64,000 nucleotides of DNA, from positions 105,400,001 to 105,464,000 of the forward strand of contig NC_087472.1 of assembly GCF_036321535.1 (NCBI RefSeq). The letters run 5' to 3'. Position numbers and translations under genes: made by a program. The notes beneath the pieces were generated by a model, which was given only the letters and a program-made list of their open reading frames with translations, made no database searches and was not told where the DNA came from. The DNA comes from Camelus dromedarius (taxonomy: Eukaryota). Positions 1-13,095 of this stretch are shown one piece after another; within the stretch, counting starts at the first letter, position 1, and every line of letters starts with the position of its first letter.

Positions 1-500
1 TAAATAAATCAACATAAGTATTGAGTCAAACGTACAGAAAAACAGAATTAAAAAAAGAGAGTTAAGAACATGTCAACTGACTTATCTATACAGGAAAGTC
101 ATAACTAAGCTTCAAAAAATAAACTATGTGAAATATCACTCAGGAATAGAAAGAAATAAAATACTGACACTTGAAACATCATGGCTTTCAAAATAATTAT
201 GCTCAGTAAAAATGGCTAGATCCAAAAGAGTATCTACTGTCTGGTTTAATTTATATAAAATTAGCCTATAAAATACAGTCGATAGTAACAGGAAACAGGT
301 CAGTGGTTGCCTAGGTACTGAGAGCGAAGGTGGAGGGATTACAAACAGGCATGAAGAAATGTTTAGGGATGATGGCAATGTTCAGTATCTTGATGGGGGG
401 GATGGTTTTACAGGTGTGTGTATAAATCAAAATTCATCATACTGCACTTTTTAAATACGTGCAGCTTCTTGTATGTCAGTTACCCCTCAATAAAGCTGAA
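1..500 (+). mobile_element. Old L1 (L1MC/L1ME-like) 3' end
   Basis: Typical old L1 tail: gtcagtggttgcctagg...atgttcagtatcttgat...gtatgtcagttacccctcaataaagctg. Confidence 0.7.
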
Positions 501-1487
501 AAGTGCAAAAAGAGTACACTGTAATGTACCAATCAAGAACTACCCTGAGTAATTAATCAATTAATTAATTCAACAGAATTAATCCAACAGGCACTCACGA
601 TAGTGGTGTTACAAAGTTACATTGATGCTTGTCATGATACTTCTTAGGTTTTTATTTCAGAAGCAAAGCCTGTATAACTTTTGCTTTACAACCTACTTTT
701 CCATCTACTTCAGAAGCCTTGCATTTTTAGCACTCATTCCGCAAGTATTTGTTGTACTTTTCCAGTTTCCTCTGATCTCTTTGGAAATCTGATCCTGTCT
801 TCCAAGTTGCTAGGTGCCCACCTTCCAACTCCCATCCTGCTCTCCAGAAGCTTATCTTAAAATCTAGCGATCTTAAATCCCAGGGTTTTCTCTTCCCACC
901 TACACGTTATTGATAAAATGATGAACACCAGGACTCTGAAGGAAGACAAGGAAGAATTTCCCAGGTTGTTTACAAAGAAAGCAATCTCTGCCGCTGAAAT
1001 CCTGGAGCTTTGCCCCCAGATGGAGTCGCACAGGAAGAGACTCCGTCTAAAAAGTATGTCAGTTCCCAACCAGCTCTCCTCTTGTTTTGTACTCAACCAA
1101 TAAACCTGCGTCAGCTCAGGGAGAAGGGATATGTTATAAGTAGGAATAACTACTTAAAGTGAAAAGAAACATGAGATACTGATCTTTGCTTAACCCAGAC
1201 CCCTATCACTTGTCTGCTGGGCATTCCTTCTTGTTGGGCTTGCCTACTTTTCCAGATGGTGCAGTCACTTGTGTCTGGGCCGTCCCCACGTGCACTGTGG
1301 CTTACTAGCTCACCTTTGCGCCTTGGTCATTTCATGACCTAGTGAACCAGTGAGCTGGTTTCCTCTCCAGATAATTTCGGGCCACATTTCTACCCACCTC
1401 CCTTCCTCACTTTTAAAACATTCTATGTGAAATCATCTTTGCCCAGTGAGGCTACATAAGGTGTGACTGCTAAAAAGGCAACAAATG

Positions 1488-1605
1488 CTCTCAGCTCTAG
1501 AGTCCCAGGTCCTGGGTTCGAGACCTGACCTTGGGATCTAGACTTCAGGATGCCTGATGACTTTCAGAGCCTCCGTTTCTTTCTCTGTAAACCGAAGCTG
1601 CAATA
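1488..1605 (+). mobile_element. MIR SINE fragment
   Basis: B-box-like cctgggttcgag followed by the MIR core ...agcctccgtttctttctctgtaaa. Confidence 0.55.
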
Positions 1606-3164
1606 TGAACCTGCATTTTATTAAAATACAAGGATTTTGTTGCTATCAACCCATGTTTTATTAAAACAGCCAGAATGAATTGTGCCCAACGCTGAGTCAA
1701 GGCTCACTAATGGCTTCCTTTCAGTCTCACTGGTGGTGTGAGTTCAGCTGTTTGCCTTCGGGAAAATCCTAGGTCCTTAATTGCATCAGTAGTTTGTTTA
1801 TTTTTGGTGCCCCCATGCCCCCGCCTTCTTTCCACTTGAACAGCTACTAAGCCAAAGGGGTCTTGGTTGGAGAGAGAGAAAAATCTCCCATGCTAATGAT
1901 TTTTATTGCTATTGATCTAATTACACAAAGATCTCTGGGGCCTGCCAGGCATTTCATTAATTGTGTTATAGCTAAGACAGTGGGGAAGTTGGGTGGTTTC
2001 CTTGGAAATACCCAAGGTCAGAGATTTAGGTCATGGGTTTTCTGCAACTTTCTGACAGGGAATCAAACATGTGTGTGAAACGATTCAGGTTCTTGTGTTC
2101 AAGTCCACTTTGGCTTCTCTCTCATCACCCACTAGTAGCCTGACTAGTGCTTTCTGGCTGTGGTCCAGATTCAGTTGCTTTGTGGATAAAATGGTTTTCT
2201 ATATATATTCTTATATCAAATCCACTCAACCTCTGTCTGTCTCTTTCTCTCTTGTTTTTATAAAGTGGCCCTCATTGATGATCTGCAGAAGAAGGCAAGG
2301 GTGACTCTCATGATCTGCCCTACTATGATCTGTGCACCTTTCCACTGTTCAAAAAGATTCTTGATGAGGCCCAAGTGAGAGGTTGGAAACCACTCCTCTT
2401 CCTGCCAACCCAGGCTCTGTGTTAAACGTGACCAGTCAAGACCCTTTGTCCTGGCTACCAGACCCACTCCCAGTACCCGTGGTGGTTTCATGTCAATAAA
2501 GTTTTCTTGTTACCCACACAGCATTCTCAGTTATTTTTGAAATCCAGTCGAACCATCATAAACGACCATCCGCTTACAAGTTCTGCAAGTCTTCTGCAAC
2601 GGAAGTATGTGCAACCACCTTCTCCTGGCAAACGGCCGCCAGTGGATGCCGCAGCGGAGCTCAGAGAGATCGGAAGGGATGGAAAACCCATCAGCTGCCT
2701 ATTGAATTCAAAGGAAAGCAGGCATTTCCCCCAGATGTGCAGGCCTAGGAGCGCGAGTCCTTTTCACGTGTCAGCACCCAAGGCTCAGGCTCTAAAACCG
2801 GGAACCGACACGGGGTATCCTCCTGTTCTCCTCTGGAGGGGAGGGAAAGAGATTAGCTGCGATGAAATGTGGGAGAGAAAGAAGAAAGGACCCTGACAGC
2901 GCACTGGAAGGGACCTGCTGCACCCCCTGAAGATCCCATCCCACACCACGAATGGTGAGTGTGAAGGCAGGAGTCTGCTGGCTTGGTCAACAGCTGGCTA
3001 ATCCCCCCGAATTAGGTAGGTTTCATATTTGCTTTTGTCAAGTTCCCCAGCACTGGTCAGCGAATCAGAGAGCCGTGGGGCCTTGTAAATCACTTCCTGC
3101 CACGCCATGATCTTACGATCTTCACACCCTCTCTTCAGATGGGACCCACAGGCCCATTCTTATG

Positions 3165-3311
3165 GTGTTTTTTTGAAAAGCTTTTTTTTTTTTTTTTTTT
3201 TTTTAAGGGAACAGGGAGGTCATTAGGTTTGTTTATTATTTTTAAGGGTGGAACCCAGGACCTCGAGCATGCCAAGCACGTGCTCTACCACTGAGCTACA
3301 CCCTTCTGCCC
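3165..3311 (-). mobile_element. Camelid tRNA-Ala-derived SINE (vic-1 type)
   Basis: Reverse complement: gggtgtagctcagtggtagagcacgtgcttggcatgctcgaggtcctgggttcc...aaacaaacctaatgacctccc followed by an A tail. Confidence 0.85.
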
Positions 3312-5600
3312 CACCATTCTTTATCAGTGATGGGGTGAGGAAACTGTTTGACAGATGGACTCCAGACTCCCCTTTCCTCTGATTTTCCACAATTCCAACG
3401 TTTCAAATGGGTTGTGGCATGAAGCCAGGGAACACCGAATGGATGAGCTTGCAGGGCAGCCAGAAACTGGGGGAGAGAGGGGTTGGTGGGGAAGAGGCAC
3501 ATACTGCTCTGGCTGTGCAATAAGACACCTGGCTCTAAAGGGAAAGAAGGGTTCAATTACAAGCCCGTTACTCTGTTTCCTTGACACCAAACCCCTGGCT
3601 GGACTGGCTTTCCCTTCCTTTCTACAGAGCAGGTTTTGACTGAATTGATCCATCGTGGTTTCGCTGTAGAAACAGCTACCTAGCAGAATTTGTGCAGAGA
3701 GGCAGGTCACGGAAACGTGATGCCCAGAACATCATGGAATCATGAGCTGAGAAGAGTGGGACTTGCAACAGCTGATGGAAAGTTGAAAGCAAAACTAAAA
3801 GAATCGACACTGAATATTGGAGCCTTGACTGGTACCCAAGTCCCAGCTGAGTTAATCCTGGTCTTATTCAGGTTGACCTCACAACTTTAGAATCCCTGGG
3901 AACCAGTCCTAGTCCAAGGAATTTTCCATTTCAGGTCAACAAGCTGTTGTTCAGGGAGTAGGAGGAGGGGTGCTATTTCCTTTCAAGTTGCTCTTATCTT
4001 TTATCACGGCCAAGGGCAGAGCAGTGGTGAGTCCAAAGTGGAGCAAACACAAGAGCGTGATATCAGATGTGTCCCCACCCTGCAGCCCAGGTCTGCAGCC
4101 CAGCTCCTGTAGTCCTCAGTCCCCACCCTTCCTTGCTAATCCTTCGCCTCCACGCATTCCCAGAATGAGTCTCCTAATCTAGACGGTCAGCCCAAAAGGC
4201 TTTTTCCTAAACGTATTAGAAGGATGACATGTCAAAAATGATCAGAACAGTTATACTATAACACTCTTATTACGAATCATCCAGTCACTCCACTCCCTTC
4301 CGTTGGCTGCCCACGGCAGGAAAATCAGATTGAGACACTAGGACACTACAACGCCACCAGTGCTCACATGCTGTGGCCATCCAGCCACCAACATAGATCG
4401 TCTCTCCTTCCCTCCAGCACAATGAGCAGTCTCTCATCCTCCTGCCACTCCCAGGGCCTTTGCACTCGCTGCCCCTCAGACTGGGCCACTTTGCCCGCCA
4501 GTTTTTCTCGTGTCCCAGCACAAGCTCTCCTGCTCACAGCAAGGCTCCCCCAACTCCTTCCGTGCTCTGCAGCCCCTCACCTGTGTTCTCCTTCTCCATC
4601 CTAGTAATCACATTCATTCTCGTCATTCCTTGGTTGACCTGCTGATTGTCTATCCTAGAACTTACTCTCCTAAGGACAGAGATCTTGACTGGCTTTTTCA
4701 AGCTATATTTATGGAATGACTAAAGGTCAACACACACACAGGCCAGCCATCTCCCACTGTCTCCCTACCCAGGATTCGACTTAGAAATTTTCAATTTCTG
4801 GAAACTTACATCCCACCACGACCAGCCCCACTGCCTCCCACCCCCACACATACACCGCTTGCACAGCACCTCATCCTACCCCACCCTTCCCCGATCTAGG
4901 AGTCCTGGATATATCTAGATTCATACTTAACACGTGGAATTGCAGGATCTTTCCCAAATTCCTTGAGATTTCTTTGAAGGTCTTATAAGTGAATCTCTGG
5001 CATATGCTTGGCCCACAGGCTCAGTAAACCCTTGCCGGATGTATAAATAAACTAATGACTTAATCAAAGGGCCTTATTAGCACAGCTGATGGCCTATTTT
5101 TGTGTAAGTTTTACTGGGAATCAGCCAATTTTTTTCTGGGAAGGTCTAGACAATGACTATTTTAGGGTTTGCAGGCCATAAGGTCTTAGGGGCAACCACC
5201 GCGCTCCGCGCCTGCGGCAGGAAGGCTGCCGTGGGCAGTACGCAAATGAAGGAGCAGGGCTGCGTGCCGAGACCGCTTCACTTACAAAAGCAGCTGGCGG
5301 GTTGGATGCGGCACCTGCACGGCTAGGACCCTTCAATGCATCGTCCTGGTTAGCCCTAAACACCGCGAGGTGGAGAGAATGATTTCCCTCTTGGAGCGGA
5401 AGAAATTGAGACTGAGAGGGGGTGAGTAATTTGCTCTGAGTGGAAAAGCCAGCCTGTCCACTCCAGAGCCTGCACAAAGGGACCCAAGGAATAACCTTGG
5501 AAGAAGGAGGTGCCAATTGAGAAACCAAAGAAAGCAAAGGGCTTTCTTACGAAGGCTTAGGATCAAGAAAGACAGCTTAAAATGAAAAATCAAGTGTTTT

Positions 5601-5972
5601 GACAGAGAAAGACATATATGGTATCACCTATACGTGGAACCTAAAAGAAAAAAATGATACAAATCCTATTTACTCAGAGACATAGAAAGCAAACTACGGT
5701 TACCAAAGGGGAAAGGGCGGGGGACGGATACATTAGGAGTTTGGGATTAACGGATACACACTACTGTATATAAAACAGATAAACGACAAGGACCTACTGT
5801 ATAGCACAGGGAACTGCATTCAATACCTTGTAATAACCTATAAATGAAAAAGAATATGAAAAGGAAAAAAATATATGTATATGTATAACTGGTTCATTTT
5901 GCTGTACACCTGAAACTAACATTGTAGATCAACTACACTTCAATAAAAAAAATTAAAAATAAATAAATAAAA
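5601..5972 (+). mobile_element. 5'-truncated L1 3' end (L1MA9/artiodactyl L1-like)
   Basis: ggttaccaaaggggaaaggg...ctactgtatagcacagggaactgcattcaatacc...gctgtacacctgaaactaac followed by an A-rich tail. Confidence 0.9.
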
Positions 5973-6659
5973 TGAGAAATCAGATTTGTTTGTTTGTTTG
6001 TTTGTCTTTTGCTATTTGGAGATGTGGAACATTCAAATCATTTGAAAGAAAAAAAACTTTCCAACATGATGTAGATTTGGAGAGAGTCTTCGGCTCTTGC
6101 CCAGCACAAAATGCTGAAGTGTCCTGAGCTGTCTGTACCCAGAAGCCTGGAGTGGGTGGGAGATCAGGGAAAGGTGGCAGCCAGTGTTTACTGAGCACTT
6201 ATCCTGCATACTTAGGCTCACCAGATTCTCAATATTACCTTGCCTTCTTGTCAGCTATGACCCTTCACCACCAAGAAAAGGGAACCAGTGCAGACCTCTG
6301 CGTGGGCCATGGGGCGACCTGCCTGTGAGAGCACATTCATTTGGATCTTCCAGAGAAAGCGACCCGATTTGACCCTAAAGAGATTTCCCTCATGATTCTT
6401 TTCTGCCTTGGTTTCAGTATCATGTTCAAAAAACATAAAAATAAAAAACAGAAGTCTCTGAATCTTAAAGCATAAAGAAGCTAAGCCAAGTTGGGATTTA
6501 TACGTTCAGTTGGGTATAACTTGAGAATCTTCTCCCTTGGAACACAGAAATAAACATTGTCTACCTAAGCCCGGGCGTGTGATGTTAACAATTCTGTAGG
6601 GTCTACTTTGACATTTGCTTCTATCTGTTGACCAGAGGAAAGGAAGAGAGGGAAAGAGA

Positions 6660-6790
6660 ATAAACCTGGCTCTGCTACCCATGGCTCTGTGGCCTCAGAC
6701 AAGTGACTTGACCTTTCTGTGTCTCAGTTTCCTCTTTGTAAAATGGATACTTAGACTTAAAGGCTTTTACGAGGACTAAACAGAATCTAT
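6660..6790 (+). mobile_element. MIR SINE
   Basis: MIR core cctggctctgctacc...agtgacttgacctttctgtgtctcagtttcctctttgtaaaatgg. Confidence 0.75.
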
Positions 6791-7259
6791 AATACAAGAC
6801 GTCACTCGTACGAGAGAGGAAGACTTTCTCCTGGTTGTTACAATCAGGTAATAAGAGGAACTGTGAAATCATAAAGTTATTAGAGCTACAATGTACCTCA
6901 GATTCCAATTCTTCATTTTCCAAATAAGGAAACTAGGGCCAGAATACATCAGTGACACACAGCATTAAGACACAAAGCTGGATTGTCTTTACATAGACTG
7001 AAGATTTCAGGATGTTTAAAAAAACGTGTTTTCAACTATGTATTTTTAATAATACATGTTCTTGCTATTGATTAATTCAGTAGCATTAAAATGTGCTTTA
7101 TAACTTTGTATATATATACAGGTTATCTACACATCTTGCCACTAAAATGATACACACTTGAGTGAAAAGATAAGTTGGTGTCTTACAGTTTCAGTTTCTT
7201 GTGGAGCATTCTAGCTTATTCCTAGCCCAAGATGGATGGATTAAAAATGATCCTTTGGA

Positions 7260-8165
7260 CACATGAAAAGATGGGCCACAATGCTAATTACCAGAAAAAT
7301 GCAAATCAGAACTACAATGACGTATCACCTCACACTAGTCAGAATAGCCATCATCAAAAAGTCCACAAATAATAAATGCTTGAGAGGGTGTGGAGAAAAG
7401 GGAACCATCCTACACTGTTGATGGGAATGTAAACTGCTGCAGCCACTACTGAAAACAGTAGGGGGATTCCTTAAAGAACTAAAAATAAAGTTGCCATATG
7501 ACCCAGCAGTTCCACTCCTGGGCATATATATGGAGAAAACTCTAATTTGAAAATATACCTGCACCTCAGTGTTCACAGCAACACTGCTTACAATAGCCAA
7601 GACATGGAAGCAACCTAAATGTCCATCCACAGATGACTGGATAAAGAAGATGTGGTGTATATAAACACACAGTGGAATACTACCCAGCCGTTAAAAAGAA
7701 TCAAATAATATCATTTGCAGCCACATGGATGGACCTAGAGATTATCATACTAAGTGAAGTAAGTCAGACAGAGAAAGACAAATATTATTTGATATTACTT
7801 ATAGGTGGAATCTAAAAAAAGAAAAAAAATGATACAAATGAACTTATTTACAAAACAGAAATAGATTCACAGACAGAAAACAAGCTTATGGTTATCAAAG
7901 GGGAAAGCAGTTGGGGGTGGGGAGGGATAAATCAGGAGTTTGGGATTAACATATACACACTACTGTGTATAAAACAGATAAACAACGAGGACCTACTGTA
8001 TAGCACAGGGAAGTATATTCAGTATTTTGTAATAACCTATAATGGAAAAGAATTGCAGAAAGAATATATACATATGTGTGTATAACTGAATCACTTTGCT
8101 GTACACCAGAAACTAACACAACATTGAAAATTAACTATACATCAATTTTAAAAGTTTATAAAAAA
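7260..8165 (+). mobile_element. 5'-truncated L1 with a degraded ORF2 C-terminus and full 3' UTR
   Basis: The plus frame reads [58 protein letters not shown]..., the L1 ORF2 cysteine-rich end with an in-frame stop. A tail present. Imperfect TSD aaaatgatcctttgga (7244-7259) / aaaaagatcccttgga (8166-8181). Confidence 0.95.
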
Positions 8166-8964
8166 AAAAAGATCCCTTGGAAAAATCTAATCCAATGGAT
8201 TATTGCTTTGTGATTCTAAGTTTGTACCATCTTTGTGAAGCTTTTCCCCCTCCTCGATATCTATCAAATAAAATATGATTAAACATTTTGAACAAGCAAT
8301 TTCACTCCTGGAAATACATCCTACAGAATTTCATGCGCGTGTGCACATGCACCAGTATAAGGATGTCGGCTGTAGCATTATATAAACTTTCCGTAGCATT
8401 AAAATATCCTTCAGACCCTGCATTTTAAAATATCCCATTTTGTTATACTTTATCTGATGAATGTCCTTTACTTGGGTATTCAGGTTATTTCAAACTTTCT
8501 CTCACTGTGGTTAGATACTACGGACATTCTTATGGGAAATCTTCATGCATATTTTTCTCTCTGAAGAGACAAAAATGATGAGGAGTTGACTGTCTTATGC
8601 TGGAACACACAACATCATACAGAGAATTAAAGAGATGGCACAATTACTGAGTGAAGTCAAAGACACTGCACACTGCATGGCGTCGTCTGATAACACAGTG
8701 TAGCCCCAGGGCACTGAAAGCCATTCCTCATGAAGAAAGGAATCATCCTAGGACTGGCAGGGAGTCATGCTAGCTGCTGATCTACCAGAGGCTGATTCTG
8801 GGGTGATTTATGGAGAGAAAAATGTGCCCTCTGGCTCTGATTTTTAAACTACCCAGGGATAAGAACATATGGAGGATTTACTGTGCACGAAACCTCCTAT
8901 GTTCTTTGTCAAGGGTACAGAAAAAGGAAATGGAGTCGGGGTGGCGGGACGAGTGGGGAAAGGA

Positions 8965-9082
8965 TCTGAGAAAGAATATATAAGAATTCATATATGTATG
9001 TGTGTAAGTGAATCACTATGCTGTACACCTGAAACTAACACAGCATTGTACATCAACTATACTCCAATTAAAAAAAAAAAAC
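8965..9082 (+). mobile_element. Short L1 3' end
   Basis: gaatcactatgctgtacacctgaaactaacacagcattgtacatcaactatactccaatt followed by an A tail. Confidence 0.85.
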
Positions 9083-9414
9083 AACCCTCTCCTTCCACCT
9101 CGGATTTGTGAACAAGTTTGTGTTCCTCAGAACTGAATCCATGAGTAATGGTGCTGCTGGGAACTGAGCCACGTATAGCAAAATGAACGTAAAATGCATT
9201 TTAGAACAGAGCCATCCGTGGTAACCAGGGATGTCATAGTGTGAATTATTATTAGGGGGAAACCAGAAATAGAGCGATCACTTTGACCTCCACCGTATCA
9301 ACTGCTCCTTCACTCTTCCGTTGAGAGGCGTGCCAGACCCAACAGTCCCACTGTGGCAAACGGATATGGGTTATTGGAAGAGCAAAGTGTGTGCAAAGAG
9401 TCAAAATGATTACG

Positions 9415-9592
9415 GATGAGAAAGACAGGTATCGTATGATATCACTTATATGCAGAAACTAAAAAAAAAAAAAAAAAATGACAGAAATGAACTTCTTTAC
9501 AAAACAGAAACAGACTCACAGACATAGGAAACAAACTTATGGTTACCAAAGGGGGAAGAAGGGAGGATAAATTAAGAGTTTGGGATTAGTAG
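9415..9592 (+). mobile_element. Internal L1 3' UTR fragment lacking its tail
   Basis: gaaagacaggtatcgtatgatatcacttatatg...ttatggttaccaaaggggg...gagtttgggattag; similarity stops abruptly. Confidence 0.8.
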
Positions 9593-10989
9593 AGAGCGAT
9601 TTTATACTAAACTCCGCACCAGTTAAGAGGTAACAGAGAGAGACGAGTAGGAAGGACTTTTAAACTCAGTGTCATTCTTTATGTTGGTCATAAAAATAAT
9701 ACAAAATTTGAAACAGTAAACCATCGTAATGCTACAGTTTTCAGCAGACAGGAATTACAGCGGGTGGTTTGAAGACAGTGAGTTTCTCCTTCCCCTTCCT
9801 TTTTCGTTTGGTTGTCATGGGAGTCTGTGCTTGTGGGGAAATTCTGAGTGCCTCTGCTACCGGGAGCTGTCTCTGACTTCTTAGGCCAATGTTCTTCCAA
9901 GCAGCAAGAGCAGGGGAGGGGGGGTGTTTATGGAATGCGAGTGAAGCAAAAGCACATCTCTTAAAATTAGATGCCATCGGAGGTTTATTGGAGATGGACT
10001 AAAGCTCTGGGTACGACATCAGGCGGAATATTTCAGTTCTGTTCAGGTGACTCTTGTCATTTCAAAGCCTACCTCAAGCCTTATCATCTTGGAAAGCATG
10101 GCAAGAATGACTTCTGGACACACCCAGGCAGGCTAGAGACAGATGCAAATATGCACTTAAATTGTCATCCAGTGGTCTGAGACGGCTCAGAGAGGGCTGA
10201 GTTACTCAGAAAACTAAGCGTACTTCCTGAGCATGGGCAGACCAAGCAAGCCATCACTCCCACACGGCTGGGAAGTCCAGGCAGCAAAGCAGAAAGCCCT
10301 CTGAGGGAGCTACCGACTCTCTCCAGCTCTGAGCTTCCTCGTTAAGCTGGAAGACAAACACCCCTGCCTTAGGGATGGCTGTGTGTGTAGCCAGTATCGG
10401 CTTCATGCAGCTGCTCAACAAGAAGGACCTGTTTCTTCCTGCTCACCCCCTGCGCCTCTTCCAGGCCCAGCTCCCAGCAGCCCCTGGATAGCTTTGCTCC
10501 TGTCCATGCAGCACCCAAAGCTCTCCTCAGAGCTGTCGATGGAAAACCTGGGAGAGCCGCTCAGTGGGTGGCCGTGAATGATTCCAGCCCCTCGCTGGTT
10601 TACCAGATCGCTCTGATCATGGATTAGGGAGGTGGAAACTGACATTGAGATTAACTGGCATCATAGACTGGTTGGTTAAAAAAAAAAAAAAAGATCGAGT
10701 AGGTTATAGGTTTAGAACACATGAGCATGCTTCAAGCCCTTCGTCAGATTCTGTGGAATACATGCCAAAGAGAAATGTGGTGGGAACCAAACCAAAAAAA
10801 AATTATGCAACAAAAATGGGATATGATTTGGACCCCAAAATGGAAGGAGAAAGATGGGCGGATCAATGGCAGAGAATGGCATTTACTGATTCCTAGTGTT
10901 TTAACACATCATTGTAAGGAGTCACTTGTTCAGTTCTTATTTGTAACCACATGAGAGACACTACTGTTATGAACACAGAAATCAAAATA

Positions 10990-11140
10990 TAGCAGTAAAT
11001 AAGTGCAGCCAGTGCCCTCTGTGTGCCAGGCACTGTGCTAGACGCTTGGCATGCCTGCCCTCTCTCGACAACACTGTGAGAGCCCTTATCATTCCCGTCC
11101 TGGAGATGAGGACACAGCCTCGGCGAAGTAAGCTCACTTA
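10990..11140 (-). mobile_element. MIR SINE
   Basis: gtgccaggcactgtgctag...gagatgaggacacagcctcgg, the MIR reverse core. Confidence 0.6.
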
Positions 11141-12889
11141 ACTCCACACAGCCAGGAGGCAAGACGGATGCCAGTGGAACCCAAATCGGGCACCAAATCC
11201 GACTTTCCTTTCCCTGTACCACAGCACACCGGAGACAGGAGATGTGGAGGATGTGCGAACTGACAGGCGTTTGTCATTGAGGCCAACCTGCTCTAAGGGT
11301 GTGGGAGGAAATAATATTTCAGGGCTGAGGTGGAAAGCGGGACCTGATTGAGTCAGCGAAAGGCTATGAAAGGTGGAGGAGAAGCAGACCGGCCTTGGAA
11401 TTGCTGAGACTGGCAGAACAGAAGCTCCAAGCTCTCTGGAATGTGTCAAAGACCAGTCGGCACGAATGATCTTACGAGAGTGACATTTCACTGTAGCATG
11501 AGCTTGTGTCAGAGAGAAGGCCCCAAAGGTTTAAATTCCAGGCTGTGAAAGGCATGTATCATGTGCAGTTAATGGAAGTAAGAGAGGAACCTTTCCCTCA
11601 ACACATGGACCTCTTACGTTTTTAGCATAAACTTCGTCCGGAAGCAACACAGACAGGAGGAGATGCTGCACCAGGGGCTCCCACAAGTCCCATGCTACCA
11701 GATGAGGATCCTGCCTGCCTTACGTTTCCCAGGCAAGATGCTCAAAGGTGAACATTTCAAAGTGTCCCACATTCCCCTGCAAAAGGAACTCGGTAACCAC
11801 GTTCCTTGGAGTGCACCAAGGAGGCAACGTGGAATAATTTGCTGGCCTCCAAAGCTTGCCCGGAATTCTGAGACCCTCCAGACCTGAGGTTCAAGGGAAC
11901 AAAGCAGGTCTGTTCTCTTTTGGCCTTTTTCTTTTTACTTCCTTATACACCGCGTCCCTGCGTGAAAAACGAGCCTCGGCTTTCCAGTGCGGTCAGTGGG
12001 CAGAACACTGAGGATAGGGTTTTGTGATGGAGCCCAAGTCTCGGGGAAAAGCCTAGAATGTCACCTGCCATAAGGAAAACAGGCTCTTGTGAACTCCGCG
12101 TTGGCAGAAACTAAGTCACTGAATCAATGCAAATGTCAAGAAATACTTCTAGTAGAGATTCTTGGAAATTTCAAGGAGCTGAGATTTGAGAGCTATCCTG
12201 GGGAATACAAAGCTTACATCTGATACCTGCCCGGAGCACTTAGAGACATAAGAAGACAATTCCTGAAAGGCACGGAGCAGGAAGAAGATGGCAGGACAGG
12301 CTTCCGTCACTAGAAGAGTGGTCTTCCTAATATTTTGTACAGCCCCATGGTTAAGGGAGTTGAAAACCTAGGATTTAGTCCATAGCCCTTATTTTCCAAG
12401 TATGGAGTTTCAGATTGTCCAACCGTGCAACTTTTCTGGTCCAGAGTTTTTAAGTTTATAACATAAGCAAGCTATCTCAAGACCCTTCAAAGAATTTTTT
12501 TTGATGAACATCTTGTGACTTTTAGCTGTGTTGGCTCAAAGGAGGGAGGTTCCCAAAGGAATGAGAGGAACCCCGTGGATTGATGGGCAGAGATACAGGT
12601 ATGAGGGGGGAAAAGTGAGTCCAGGGAAGGTGAGGGGCAAGTCCTGGGGACCAGGGGGGCTAGTGCAGACGCTTTCTGAAGGGTGATCGTGGGGGAACAG
12701 ACTGGAAAAGAAGCTGGCCAGAGATGGCAGAGAGCCCTGAACCTGGGACACAAATCATACCACGTGTCACGTTGGTGCGCAGCGCTCCCAGGGCTGCCGA
12801 AGCGCTCCTTGGCTGGAGTGACTCACCTGTTTCTGCACCTTTGATTCCTCCATAGTCAGTATACATCCATTCTGTCTAATCAAAATAGC

Positions 12890-13095
12890 TACCACTGATC
12901 AAGCGTTTTCTAGCATCAGGCACTATTCTGTGGGCCTCATATATTGCCTTCCTTAATTCTCACAACCACCAAATGGTATGCATTGTACTACTCCTCCCAT
13001 TAAAGATGAGGAAACCGAGGCACAGAGATGTTAATTAACTTCACCAAGGTCACACAGCGAGTAAGGAGTCCAACCTGAATTTGAACCCGTCCTGT
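12890..13095 (-). mobile_element. MIR SINE
   Basis: aagatgaggaaaccgaggcacagagatgttaattaacttcaccaaggtcacacagcgagtaagg...tttgaaccc. Confidence 0.85.

Noticed and set aside
7325-7630. 101-aa [17 protein letters not shown]...
   Set aside because: This is the familiar antisense frame of the L1 ORF2 end; the same artefact appears at 57260.
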